A stretch of DNA of 64,000 nucleotides from Bacteroidia bacterium. Lineage in GTDB: Bacteria > Bacteroidota > Bacteroidia > SXHM01. Positions 26,874 through 37,737 of this stretch are shown here, piece after piece (position 1 is the first letter of the stretch; every line of letters begins with the position of its first letter). A program made the position numbers and the translations under genes. The stretch is from the NCBI GenBank assembly GCA_020054035.1, contig JAGVLY010000017.1, positions 1,961 to 65,960 of the forward strand. The letters run 5' to 3'. The notes under the pieces are model-generated. The model was not told the origin of the DNA, ran no database searches, and saw only the letters and a program-made list of their open reading frames with translations.

Positions 26874-28202
26874 TTATTCCAAACTGAATTTCACAGGAAT
26901 AGTCATTTGCACCGAAACCTGTTTGCCATCTTGTTTGCCGGGTGTAAAATCTTTGAGGGAGGAAACAACACGCACCGCTTCGTTATCTAAATCTTTACTT
27001 ACGCTCTTCCACACCTTCACATTAGTTACTTTGCCGGCTGCGCTTACCACATAGCTGATGTACACTGTTCCTGAAACGGCTTGTTCTTTTGCCGTCTGCG
27101 GGTACTTAACATTATCCTTGATGTGTTTTTTAAGCGCTTCGTTACCTCCGGGATATTGAGGCATTTCGTCAGCAAAAGCATAAACCTTAGTGTCTCCGTT
27201 TTGTGTTTGAACTTGCTGTTCAACATCCCTTCTGCCTTGCTCTACTTCAGCTTTCTCTTCAGCAACTTTGCGTGTGTCGTATGCAGCAACTGATGCGGCT
27301 TCCTGAGTGGATGTTGTTCTTGAAGCAGCCTCATCTTTTGCTCTTTTTTCAGCTTCCTTTTGGGCTTTCTTATCCGCAGCTTTATTCTTTGATGCAGTAG
27401 CAACCTCAACAGACGAAAGGGTTTTAGTGTTTTCTCGTTCAACATTTTCAGAAATTCCATCGCTCACATATTTATCTGAGTCAAACCTGAAAACAGTGTC
27501 GGTATAACCTGCTTGGCCTGCACCGGTCTGAGGATTGTAAAACATAGGAGCTGAATTGGAAGCCCCGCCTGTTGCCTTCATAGTTGCATAATCCGCTGGC
27601 AAATCATCATCTGCTGTTAATGATTCTGCTTTACCTGTTCCGTTTGCTACTAATCCCTCATCAGTCTTTGTCAGCGGTAATTTATACAAATCCTGCGCAG
27701 GCGACTCCAGCAAAGGAGCTGCATCAGGCGGCAGAACCACCGCGTTGCCGGCAACAGCACTATCCAATAAAACATTTTCTGTGTCTTTTACTTCTGCATT
27801 ATTTTCTGCCAATACTTTTTCTTCAGCTTTATTTTGAGCAACATCACTTTTAAACGGTGGATTTAATGCAACATATAATACACCTCCGCCCAAGACAAAG
27901 AACAAAGCTACTGCAGCAGCTAACCGCAGAAAATTCATCTGAATCACTTTACCGCCTGCCCTTTCAGGCTTACCATGATTGGCAATCTTTTCATTTAACT
28001 GAACAATGGCTGCACGCGAAGATTCTTTGCTCTTCATCAGCGAAATACCTTCCAGTGCATCACGACAAAAATCACAATCGTTAATGTGTATCTCCACCTG
28101 CTTTTTCAGATGAACACCCAATTTACCATGCGCATATTCTGTCAGTGCTTCTTCTGAAAGACAGCCTGTTTCGTCAAATATTTTCACATTCTTTGAACTC
28201 AT
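26874..28202 (-). CDS. anti-sigma factor (zf-HC2) with transmembrane helix and C-terminal TonB-like domain
   Basis: 442 aa. The N-terminal H-x3-C-x2-C motif is HINDCDFC. A transmembrane segment (LAAAVALFFVLGGGVLYV) and a charged Ala/Lys/Glu linker follow. The C-terminus has a TonB_C-like fold (YPQTAKEQAVSGTVYISYVVSAAGKVTNVKV). It ends 4 nt after the sigma gene. Confidence 0.8.
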   Translation of the reverse strand: MSSKNVKIFDETGCLSEEALTEYAHGKLGVHLKKQVEIHINDCDFCRDALEGISLMKSKESSRAAIVQLNEKIANHGKPERAGGKVIQMNFLRLAAAVALFFVLGGGVLYVALNPPFKSDVAQNKAEEKVLAENNAEVKDTENVLLDSAVAGNAVVLPPDAAPLLESPAQDLYKLPLTKTDEGLVANGTGKAESLTADDDLPADYATMKATGGASNSAPMFYNPQTGAGQAGYTDTVFRFDSDKYVSDGISENVERENTKTLSSVEVATASKNKAADKKAQKEAEKRAKDEAASRTTSTQEAASVAAYDTRKVAEEKAEVEQGRRDVEQQVQTQNGDTKVYAFADEMPQYPGGNEALKKHIKDNVKYPQTAKEQAVSGTVYISYVVSAAGKVTNVKVWKSVSKDLDNEAVRVVSSLKDFTPGKQDGKQVSVQMTIPVKFSLE

Positions 28203-28206
28203 TGTA

Positions 28207-28800
28207 TTAAGGACTTTGCCTTTTTTCAGTTAAAAATATTTTCAAATTCCTTTTTCCGTTCTGGATATAACTCTTCACCTGCATCATAGTGTAGCCTGTT
28301 ATTTCCGAAACCTCTTCGTAAGACTTACTCTGCATATAAAACAATTCCACACACACTTTCTGCTCTTCTTTTAAATGTTCTATTCCTTCATACAAATTCT
28401 TATCCAACATCTCTTGCTCCTCTCCGTTTGTATGATGCAAAGGTTCATCAATTTCCATAAGCGTAAGTGAATCTTTCCCGAATTCATCCACATGGTTAGC
28501 CTGCGACTTATCTTTTCTCAGCTTCATCAGGCAATGATTTTTACTCACGCTGTAAAGCCATGATTTGAAATTATCCACATCGTGTTTCTTTAAATCAATC
28601 AATAGCTTTTCAAAGATTTCCATTACAGCATCTTTCGAACCTTCTTCATCTTTCAGGTATTTCATGCACACACCAAAAACCAAGTGTGTGTAGCGCTGAA
28701 AAAGTTCGCCAACATAGTCGGAATTATGGGAAAGGCGGAAACTGCTGACCAGTTCACTGTCAGTAGAATTTTTATCTCGCACAAGTTTGATAAACGCCAT
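28207..28800 (-). CDS. RNA polymerase ECF sigma-70 factor
   Basis: 197 aa with region 2 (YTHLVFGVCMKYL) and a region 4 HTH. It lies immediately upstream of the anti-sigma gene. Confidence 0.85.
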   Translation of the reverse strand: MAFIKLVRDKNSTDSELVSSFRLSHNSDYVGELFQRYTHLVFGVCMKYLKDEEGSKDAVMEIFEKLLIDLKKHDVDNFKSWLYSVSKNHCLMKLRKDKSQANHVDEFGKDSLTLMEIDEPLHHTNGEEQEMLDKNLYEGIEHLKEEQKVCVELFYMQSKSYEEVSEITGYTMMQVKSYIQNGKRNLKIFLTEKRQSP

Positions 28801-28831
28801 TAACCCTTAAAAGAAGGCTAATTTACGTAAT

Positions 28832-29473
28832 TTAGGTTTTTAGGTTTTCGTAATACTTACAAATATCACGAATACCGCATTCTCCGCACTTTGGACTGCG
28901 GGCAGTACACACATAACGCCCGTGCAAAATGAGCCAGTGGTGGGCAATTGCAATCTTATCTTCAGGAATGTATTTTATCAGTTGCCGCTCGGTTTCCAAA
29001 GGATTTTTTGAATTAACGGTTAACCCAATGCGGGCCGAAACACGAAAAACATGCGTATCCACAGCCATTTTTGGTTGATTATAAACCACAGAAGCAATTA
29101 CATTGGCAGTTTTCCTGCCAACTCCCGGTAGTTCCTGAAGTTTATCAACATCAGCAGGAACAACGTTGTTAAATTTCTCAACCAGCATTCTTGCCATTCC
29201 TGCTATGTGTTTGGCTTTATTGTTTGGATAGCTGATGCTTCTGATGTATGGGAATATTTCGTCTGATGAGGCTGCAGCCATTGTTTCTGCATCAGGAAAA
29301 CGGAGAAGCAGAGCCGGGGTAATCATATTCACACGTTTGTCGGTGCATTGCGCAGAAAGGATTACTGCAACAAGCAATGAAAACGGATCGTCATACACCA
29401 ACTCGGTTTCAGCAACCGGCATGTTTGTGCTGAAGTACTCAATTGCTTTCTGAAAGCGTTGTTTAAGTGTCAT
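28832..29473 (-). CDS. nth: endonuclease III
   Basis: 213 aa with an HhH-GPD motif (LPGVGRKTANV) and the 4Fe-4S cluster C-x6-C-x2-C-x5-C (CTARSPKCGECGIRDIC). Confidence 0.9.
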   Translation of the reverse strand: MTLKQRFQKAIEYFSTNMPVAETELVYDDPFSLLVAVILSAQCTDKRVNMITPALLLRFPDAETMAAASSDEIFPYIRSISYPNNKAKHIAGMARMLVEKFNNVVPADVDKLQELPGVGRKTANVIASVVYNQPKMAVDTHVFRVSARIGLTVNSKNPLETERQLIKYIPEDKIAIAHHWLILHGRYVCTARSPKCGECGIRDICKYYENLKT

Positions 29474-29476
29474 GCT

Positions 29477-29977
29477 TTATGCGGGAATAAGGGCAGACAA
29501 AGCCTCGCTACTGTGTCCGGTAAAATTTACCTGAGAGTCAAATACCTTAATAACTACTCCTTCTTTGTTGATTACAAAGGTTACTCTGCCTGATAGGAGC
29601 CCAAAGAGGTTATCTTTTACGCCATAAAGCTCTTTCACTTTTCCACCTTTATCGCTTAACAAAATAAAGGGCAGCTTATGTTCTCTTGCAAATTTGCGAT
29701 GCGATATAACATCGTCTGAGCTGATGCCTATTACTTCTGCTCCTGCATCAGTAAAGTCTTCATAACTATCACGAAAACTACATGCCTCTGCTGTGCAACC
29801 TCCGGTGAAGTCTTTCGGATAAAAGAATAGTACCACATTCTTCTTACCTTTAAAATCAGTTAATTTTACTAAATCTCCATTATTATCCGGCAATTCAAAA
29901 TCGGGTGCTTGTTGTCCTTCTTTTATCATTTTTCTATTATTGATGATTATGTTTTTTCTAAGTGATAAACCTAACAC
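29477..29977 (-). CDS. bcp: thioredoxin-dependent peroxiredoxin Bcp/PrxQ
   Basis: The peroxiredoxin motif FFYPKDFTGGCTAEAC is present. The probable true start is MIKEGQQAPDF at about 29929. Confidence 0.85.
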   Translation of the reverse strand: MLGLSLRKNIIINNRKMIKEGQQAPDFELPDNNGDLVKLTDFKGKKNVVLFFYPKDFTGGCTAEACSFRDSYEDFTDAGAEVIGISSDDVISHRKFAREHKLPFILLSDKGGKVKELYGVKDNLFGLLSGRVTFVINKEGVVIKVFDSQVNFTGHSSEALSALIPA

Positions 29978-29998
29978 TTAAGAACTTAAATTTGTTCC

Positions 29999-30247
29999 AT
30001 GGCAAAACTAAAACTTGATCTGCACGAAATCTTCAACAAAGGTAAACAGATTGATGATGCTTTGAATGATATTATTGATGAAGCTGTTGAACGCAGAGTT
30101 GATTTCGTTGAAATAATTCCAGGAAAAGGCAGCGGGCAACTGAAGAAAAAAGTTCAACGCTTTCTTATGCAGAAGCATATTAAAGAAAAATACAAACGTT
30201 TAGAAAATGACAGCAAAAATCACGGACGGATTTTTGTACACTTTTAA
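29999..30247 (+). CDS. Smr domain protein
   Basis: 82 aa. LDLHEI...VEIIPGKGSGQLKKKV is the Smr signature. Confidence 0.7.
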   Translation: MAKLKLDLHEIFNKGKQIDDALNDIIDEAVERRVDFVEIIPGKGSGQLKKKVQRFLMQKHIKEKYKRLENDSKNHGRIFVHF

Positions 30248-30248
30248 A

Positions 30249-30452
30249 TCAGAAAGGGAAGTGAAAGGCTTCTAATAAAAGTACAGTTAAAAAAACAACC
30301 AAACCCCACAACATCAGATTAGTTCTGCAATAGTCTATTACTGATGCTATCTTATCGCCTAAAGCAATCTCGTTCTTTTTCATACACAACAGGAATTTAA
30401 GGGTTGTACTTTTGATTACGTTTACATATTTTTGTAATAAAACACACAACAA
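30249..30452 (-). CDS. small hypothetical protein with C-terminal hydrophobic helix
   Basis: 67-aa ORF; a shorter version starts MKKNEIAL. The hydrophobic helix is LMLWGLVVFLTVLLL. No homology evidence. Confidence 0.25.
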   Translation of the reverse strand: MLCVLLQKYVNVIKSTTLKFLLCMKKNEIALGDKIASVIDYCRTNLMLWGLVVFLTVLLLEAFHFPF

Positions 30453-30774
30453 TTTCTTAACTCAAAGCTAATAAACAAAAATACCGGATTGCAAATTTTA
30501 GACTAATCCATTTATTAAGCCGACTAGTTCTGATTTTATTCAATCAAAACCTACAACCTGCTAAAAAGAAAAACCAAAAGATGACAGTAGCAAAGCAAAT
30601 GTAAACGCAAGCAGTAAAAAGTAAATGGCGTAAGTAAAAAAACTTTCGCCAAAAGAAATAAGTGTGTTCCAGAAATTATAAGTGGTTCTTCTCATTATGA
30701 TGTTTCAACTTGCTAAATCTTATAAAAGTTTAACAAAGTCGATAAACAGCAGCAATAATTTAGAAACGAAGAAA

Positions 30775-31740
30775 TTACTTCAGCAATTCTTTAATAATAT
30801 CCTCAACCGATAATCCATCAGCCTCAGCTTTATAGTTGCGCACAATACGATGGCGCAACACAGCGGGAGCAACAGCTTTCACATCTTCAATATCAGGTGA
30901 ATATTTTCCGTTGATAGCTGCATTAGTTTTTGCACCAATAACTAAATACTGCGATGCGCGCGGACCAGCACCCCAAGTAAGGTAGTTATTTACAGTGTCA
31001 GTTGCATACTTAGTGCCCGGACGGGTACTGGTTGCTACTTTTACAGCATACTCCAGCACATTATCAGGAACGGGTAGTTTAGTAAGCAGTTGCTGAAAGA
31101 ACGTAATCTCTTCGGCACTTAATACTTTGTTTGGTTTAACACCTGCTGCGCCTGTTGTCTGTTTAACAATGTTCAACTCTTCTGCAAAACTTGGATAATC
31201 CAGCCAGATATTGAACATAAAACGGTCAAGTTGTGCTTCAGGCAAAGGATATGTACCCTCCTGCTCTATCGGGTTTTGTGTAGCAAGAACAAAGAAAGGT
31301 TTGTCCAATACGTAACGTTTTCCGGCAGTGGTTACAGCGCGCTCCTGCATGGCTTCCAGTAATGCTGATTGTGTTTTAGGCGGGGTTCTGTTTATCTCAT
31401 CTGCCAGAATGATGTTTGCAAAGATGGGGCCTTTCACAAATTTAAACTGGCGTGTATCGTCCAATATTTCTGTACCGATAATATCACTCGGCATAAGGTC
31501 GGGAGTAAACTGTATGCGATTGTAGCTCAATCCAAGTGCTTCGGAAATAGTATTTACTAATAATGTTTTTGCCAAACCCGGAACACCAACCAACAGGCAG
31601 TGTCCGTTACTAAAGATAGAGGTAAGTACGCTTTTCACCACCTCGTCCTGCCCCACAATTACTTTTGCTATTTCGCTATTCAGTTTCTTGTAAGAAACCA
31701 CAAAGGCATCAATTGCTTCTTTGTCTGATGTATAATTCAT
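30775..31740 (-). CDS. MoxR-family AAA+ ATPase (second paralogue)
   Basis: 321 aa. Walker A is GVPGLAKT and Walker B is ILADEINRTP. The QNPIEQEGTYPLPEAQLDRF motif is present. Long stretches of identity are shared with the 6558..7541 product. Confidence 0.9.
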   Translation of the reverse strand: MNYTSDKEAIDAFVVSYKKLNSEIAKVIVGQDEVVKSVLTSIFSNGHCLLVGVPGLAKTLLVNTISEALGLSYNRIQFTPDLMPSDIIGTEILDDTRQFKFVKGPIFANIILADEINRTPPKTQSALLEAMQERAVTTAGKRYVLDKPFFVLATQNPIEQEGTYPLPEAQLDRFMFNIWLDYPSFAEELNIVKQTTGAAGVKPNKVLSAEEITFFQQLLTKLPVPDNVLEYAVKVATSTRPGTKYATDTVNNYLTWGAGPRASQYLVIGAKTNAAINGKYSPDIEDVKAVAPAVLRHRIVRNYKAEADGLSVEDIIKELLK

Positions 31741-31747
31741 ATATTCT

Positions 31748-33097
31748 TTAGTTTGTCTTCTTTATCCACGGATTATTAAAATCGCAATTCAGGTAAGCAT
31801 CATCTATGCGCACGTAAGTGATAGCGATTTTCTTCTCTATCCATTCACGTACCAGATTGCTCTCTTTCATGGTTGATGCTGCGCCCTGAATCTTCTGATA
31901 ATCATCACGTAAATTCGCTTTGTGCGGCTCGGTGCGTGACTTTAATAAGATAATGCTGTAAGCTTGCTTACCATCAGCTGCACTGGTAATAATGGGTTTT
32001 GAAAATTCACCAACTTCCATTTTATCAATAGTAAGAAATAACGTTGGGTCAATGCTGCTGAGTTGATCCATCTCAAATTTGGTACTTCCTGTTTGTGCAT
32101 TGGTCACCATACCTCCGTTCTTTTTGTCAGCTTCATCATCTGAAAATTTTTCTGCGGCCTCTGCAAAAGTGAGCGAGTCTTTCTTCAAAAGATCATAAAC
32201 ACTATCAAGGAAAATTTTAGAACTTGTTAAATCATTCTCCGAAGTTTTAGGAGTGATCAATATGTGGCGCGCATTTACCTGTTCGCCTCTTCGTTCAATT
32301 ACCTGCAAAAAATGAAAACCATATTCGGTCTCGAATACTTCTGAGATTTCTTTACCCTGCAAACTAAATGCAAGAGCTTCAAATTCAGGAACCATGTTAC
32401 CGCGCCCGAAAAAACCAAGTTCGCCACCGGCTTGTGCAGAACCCGGGTCTTCGCTATAGAGTTTTGCCATCGTTTCAAACTTCGCTCCGTCAAGAATACG
32501 CTGACGCAATTCCTCTGCACGGGCTTTAGCTTCGTCCTTTTCTTTCTTGCTTATCATCGGTTTCTTAACAATACGCCCAATCTCCAGTTCCACATTAATA
32601 TAAGGCAAACTGTCAGCCGGTATTTTGCTGAAATAATTACGCACATCGGCAGGGGTAACTTTTATCTCACCCGTAATTTTATATTGCATATTCTGGGCAA
32701 GCAACTGATCTTTGATCAGTTCACGAAAATCATCTTTAATCTCCACAATTGATTTCTTGTAATATTCTTCCAACTTTTCCTCAGAGCCTATCTGACCTAT
32801 AAAATAACGCAACCTACGATCCAGTTCTTCTTCCACCTGGTCATCGCTAACCTCAACGCTATCCAAGCGTGCTTGGTTTACAAGCAATTTCTGAAAAAGC
32901 AACTCCTCAAGCAAATCACATTTAATGGTCGGATCTTCAGCATAACCCTGTGATAAAATCTGAAGATATTGTGCTTCCACTTCACTTAACATGATGATGT
33001 TGGAGCCCACAACTGCAACAATCTTATCTATTGGCTGCGCGAATAAAGTTAAAAGTGATAAGTTAAAAGTGATAAGTATTAAGATCCTTTTTTTCAA
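31748..33097 (-). CDS. SurA-like periplasmic peptidyl-prolyl isomerase/chaperone
   Basis: 449 aa with a signal peptide and a SurA N-terminal chaperone domain. The parvulin rotamase motif is ARHILITP...GGELGFF. Confidence 0.8.
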   Translation of the reverse strand: MKKRILILITFNLSLLTLFAQPIDKIVAVVGSNIIMLSEVEAQYLQILSQGYAEDPTIKCDLLEELLFQKLLVNQARLDSVEVSDDQVEEELDRRLRYFIGQIGSEEKLEEYYKKSIVEIKDDFRELIKDQLLAQNMQYKITGEIKVTPADVRNYFSKIPADSLPYINVELEIGRIVKKPMISKKEKDEAKARAEELRQRILDGAKFETMAKLYSEDPGSAQAGGELGFFGRGNMVPEFEALAFSLQGKEISEVFETEYGFHFLQVIERRGEQVNARHILITPKTSENDLTSSKIFLDSVYDLLKKDSLTFAEAAEKFSDDEADKKNGGMVTNAQTGSTKFEMDQLSSIDPTLFLTIDKMEVGEFSKPIITSAADGKQAYSIILLKSRTEPHKANLRDDYQKIQGAASTMKESNLVREWIEKKIAITYVRIDDAYLNCDFNNPWIKKTN

Positions 33098-33102
33098 TGC
33101 TT

Positions 33103-34020
33103 TTATTTTTTATTCGGGGTGTAAATTTCAAAATTATTTTTGGCTGCACCTTCGTTCATCACATCTTCTTCTAATTGCTCAATCAACTGCATCTTACGCT
33201 TGTTCAATATAATGTTTCGGATGTTTAGCACCTCAAATTCCAAAGGCGAAATATCGTCTTTTAATTGATACTCCAGTGTTTTTACAATGTAATACCCATC
33301 GTTTTCATCCATTTCGTAGATGTTTGGATAGCGCGCCATTTGTTCAATTTTATTCTGCTCAATTCCTGTTTCTTCCGCAAACTCATCGGGCTTAAACCAT
33401 TTGTGTTCATCTAACGAAAACCTTAATGCTTGTGTGCTGCAATACTCTGTTAACTTATTCTTACTGTCAGCATCTTCATCTTTCAACCACTTCCTTATTT
33501 TATTCACTGACTTGTTCTGCTTGTCTAACTTAACGTAAACCGCACGTAAAATATTTTCTTTCAGTGCAAAATTTTGTTTATTCTCTTCGTAATAAGTTAA
33601 AAGCTCGTTCTGTTTTATCACTGTGTCTAAGCGTTGTTTTACTAACTCCTCTTGATAAAGATAGAGAATTAGTGAATTACGATATTGATCCAATTGCGCC
33701 TGTACATCTTTCTTTTCATCCGGCAAATTAAGTTCGGCTTTCTTTATCAGCAACTGTTGTTTCACCCAGTTATTTACATAGTTAGTAACAAGCAGCAAGC
33801 TATCTTCCGAACTTACTCCCGAAGGAATAATACTACTTAATTCTTCAGCATAAAGATATTGGTCATATACGCGAGCAAGCGGCTTTTCATCACTCTCTTT
33901 TCTAAAATACTTGCAGGATGAAAACAGAAAAACTAAACATCCAAAAAGCAACAAGTGATGATGAAATGAAAACCTTGTTTCGCAATTCATCATCACTTGC
34001 TTTTTAATTACTATAAACAA
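33103..34020 (-). CDS. SurA-N-domain-like periplasmic lipoprotein (no rotamase domain)
   Basis: 305 aa with a lipobox (LVFLFSSC). Its helical composition resembles a SurA N-domain. It lies between two PPIase genes. Confidence 0.5.
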   Translation of the reverse strand: MFIVIKKQVMMNCETRFSFHHHLLLFGCLVFLFSSCKYFRKESDEKPLARVYDQYLYAEELSSIIPSGVSSEDSLLLVTNYVNNWVKQQLLIKKAELNLPDEKKDVQAQLDQYRNSLILYLYQEELVKQRLDTVIKQNELLTYYEENKQNFALKENILRAVYVKLDKQNKSVNKIRKWLKDEDADSKNKLTEYCSTQALRFSLDEHKWFKPDEFAEETGIEQNKIEQMARYPNIYEMDENDGYYIVKTLEYQLKDDISPLEFEVLNIRNIILNKRKMQLIEQLEEDVMNEGAAKNNFEIYTPNKK

Positions 34021-34024
34021 TTCT

Positions 34025-35974
34025 CTATGGTGTTGGTATAGTTGCCAATACCTCTTTATTTACTTCAACTTTGTATTTAGAGCGCAACTCTTTTATCCAT
34101 TCTTTTTCCAGGTAATCCTGATAAGCTGTTGTTACAAGTCCTTTGGCTTCTTTCAGAGTTTTGGGTCCGGGAGCAAGAACATCATTTACAATTACAATAA
34201 TTGTCTGTCCGTCTTTTTTCACTGTTTGAGTAGTGTTCTTTGTCCATTTTATTTCGTCAAGATAATCGTTCTCATCTTTAATGTATTTCCCCGCTTCCAC
34301 TTTCAGATTCAGCTTTGAAGTTTTGTTCATGTCTGCCAGTATCTCGTCAGAAGTTTTTCCGGCATCAATCATTTTCTTTGTTGCGGTTGCTACCGAATCA
34401 TTTTTGCAGATAAATAATTTAGCATCCAAACGCTCTTCCCACTGAAACTTGTCTTTGTTGGCTTCATAAAATTTCTGCAAACCAACTGTGTCGGTCTGGG
34501 CTTTTTTCCAGACTTTTTGTTCCATGTGATTGAAAAGAAGAATACCATCACGATACTCATTCAGTAACATACGGTAATCGGTATATTTAGAAGCAAGTTT
34601 ACTCTCTTCGTATTTAATCAATTCTTCTTCAACAAACTGTTTATACATATTATCAACGTAACTCTGTATTTCAGCTTTAGGACGTTTTGCCTGATGAGAT
34701 GCAAGGTAATCAGCAAAACCTTTTTGTGTGAATTTTACACCACCAAGATTAAATATCTCTTTTTCTAAACCTTTAGCTTTATCAGCAGTCCATTTACCGT
34801 TGAAAATATTAGTATCAACCACAGCATAAAACTCTTCTCTTGCTTTTGGAACTTCTTTGAATTTATACTCTGCTTTTATTTTATTGATAACAGCGGTGCG
34901 GCTCATTTGCGAACGCGAATCTTTAGAAATTTTAGTTTTTAATTCAGCTTCCAGTTCTTTAAATTCAGGCAAGCCTTTTTTGTCTAACAACTTGATAATA
35001 TGCCAACCGTAATCAGTTTTAACGGGCTTGCTGTAATCACCTTTGTTTTTAAGTGCAAATGCAGCAGTTTCAAACTCAGGAACCATTTGTCCTGAACCAA
35101 ACCAGTTCAGTTCGCCACCTTTTTTAGAATTTGATTTATCGTCTGAGAACTGTTTGCACAACTCGCCAAAATCACCACCGGCTTGCAGTTTTGAATAAAT
35201 CTCATTCGCTTTTGCTTCAGCGGCATCGGCAGCTACTTTGCCTGAATCTTTTAATGCTTTAATCATGATGTGTGCTACTTTCACTTCACCTTGCGAAGCA
35301 CGTTTGTCAACCACTTTAATAATGTGGTAACCGAATTTGGTACGAACAGGTTGAGAAATTTCTCCAACTGGTGTATTGTAAGCACCATTTTCAAAAGGGT
35401 AAATCATGCGCATAGAAGTAAAGTAACCTAAGTCTCCGCTATTATCTTTTGCCGAAGGATCTTCGGAAAGGTCTTTTGCAAGTTTGCCAAAATCTTCGCC
35501 TTTCAAAACACGTTTGCGTATTTCATTGATTTTATTCCATGCCGCCAATGTGTCTTTAGGCAATGCTTCAGCCGAAACTTTAATCAGAATATGGCTGGCA
35601 CGCACATCCGTTTTCATGCGCTCATACGCTTCTTTAATAAGATTTTCAGTAACTGTTTTATCAGTAAGATACGGTTGCGCCAACTGTTTTTGATATCCAC
35701 TGAACTCCTGTTTAAAAGCCTTTGCAGTATCCATTCCTGCATCAACAGCTTCTTTTACTTTCAATTTAAAATTGATGTACAATTCCATGTAATCGGCAGG
35801 CGACTTTTTGTCAATGGCTGCTCCGTTGGAATTGTTCTTGTTATAAACGTAAAGAAAATCGGATTTAGTAACCGGTTCGCCTGCCACTGTCAGAACTACC
35901 GGTTCTTTTTGTGCATAAGATGCAAAAGAAATTGCGGCTGCAAGTGCTGTAAGAAATAATGATTTGGTCTTCAT
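34025..35974 (-). CDS. PpiD/SurA-like periplasmic peptidyl-prolyl isomerase with two parvulin domains
   Basis: 649 aa with a signal peptide and two parvulin motifs: RASHILIK...SGDLGYF and VAHIMIK...GGELNWF. Confidence 0.8.
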   Translation of the reverse strand: MKTKSLFLTALAAAISFASYAQKEPVVLTVAGEPVTKSDFLYVYNKNNSNGAAIDKKSPADYMELYINFKLKVKEAVDAGMDTAKAFKQEFSGYQKQLAQPYLTDKTVTENLIKEAYERMKTDVRASHILIKVSAEALPKDTLAAWNKINEIRKRVLKGEDFGKLAKDLSEDPSAKDNSGDLGYFTSMRMIYPFENGAYNTPVGEISQPVRTKFGYHIIKVVDKRASQGEVKVAHIMIKALKDSGKVAADAAEAKANEIYSKLQAGGDFGELCKQFSDDKSNSKKGGELNWFGSGQMVPEFETAAFALKNKGDYSKPVKTDYGWHIIKLLDKKGLPEFKELEAELKTKISKDSRSQMSRTAVINKIKAEYKFKEVPKAREEFYAVVDTNIFNGKWTADKAKGLEKEIFNLGGVKFTQKGFADYLASHQAKRPKAEIQSYVDNMYKQFVEEELIKYEESKLASKYTDYRMLLNEYRDGILLFNHMEQKVWKKAQTDTVGLQKFYEANKDKFQWEERLDAKLFICKNDSVATATKKMIDAGKTSDEILADMNKTSKLNLKVEAGKYIKDENDYLDEIKWTKNTTQTVKKDGQTIIVIVNDVLAPGPKTLKEAKGLVTTAYQDYLEKEWIKELRSKYKVEVNKEVLATIPTP

Positions 35975-36036
35975 ACTTTTTGTTAATCGTTAATTTGGTT
36001 AGCGTTAATACTGATTATCTGTAAATTTTAAAATGT

Positions 36037-37575
<1,539 letters not shown>

Positions 37576-37737
37576 TCAAGGTATTGAAATTATGTAAATG
37601 GCGAAAAAATATGGTTCAAAGACAATGTTTTTCGGGCGAATGAAAAATAAATTTGCATTTGAAGAATAAAAAGCCTTACCTTTTGAACAAATTTCAAACA
37701 AGAGAAGAACGTGTTTAACCCTAAAAATTAAAAACGT

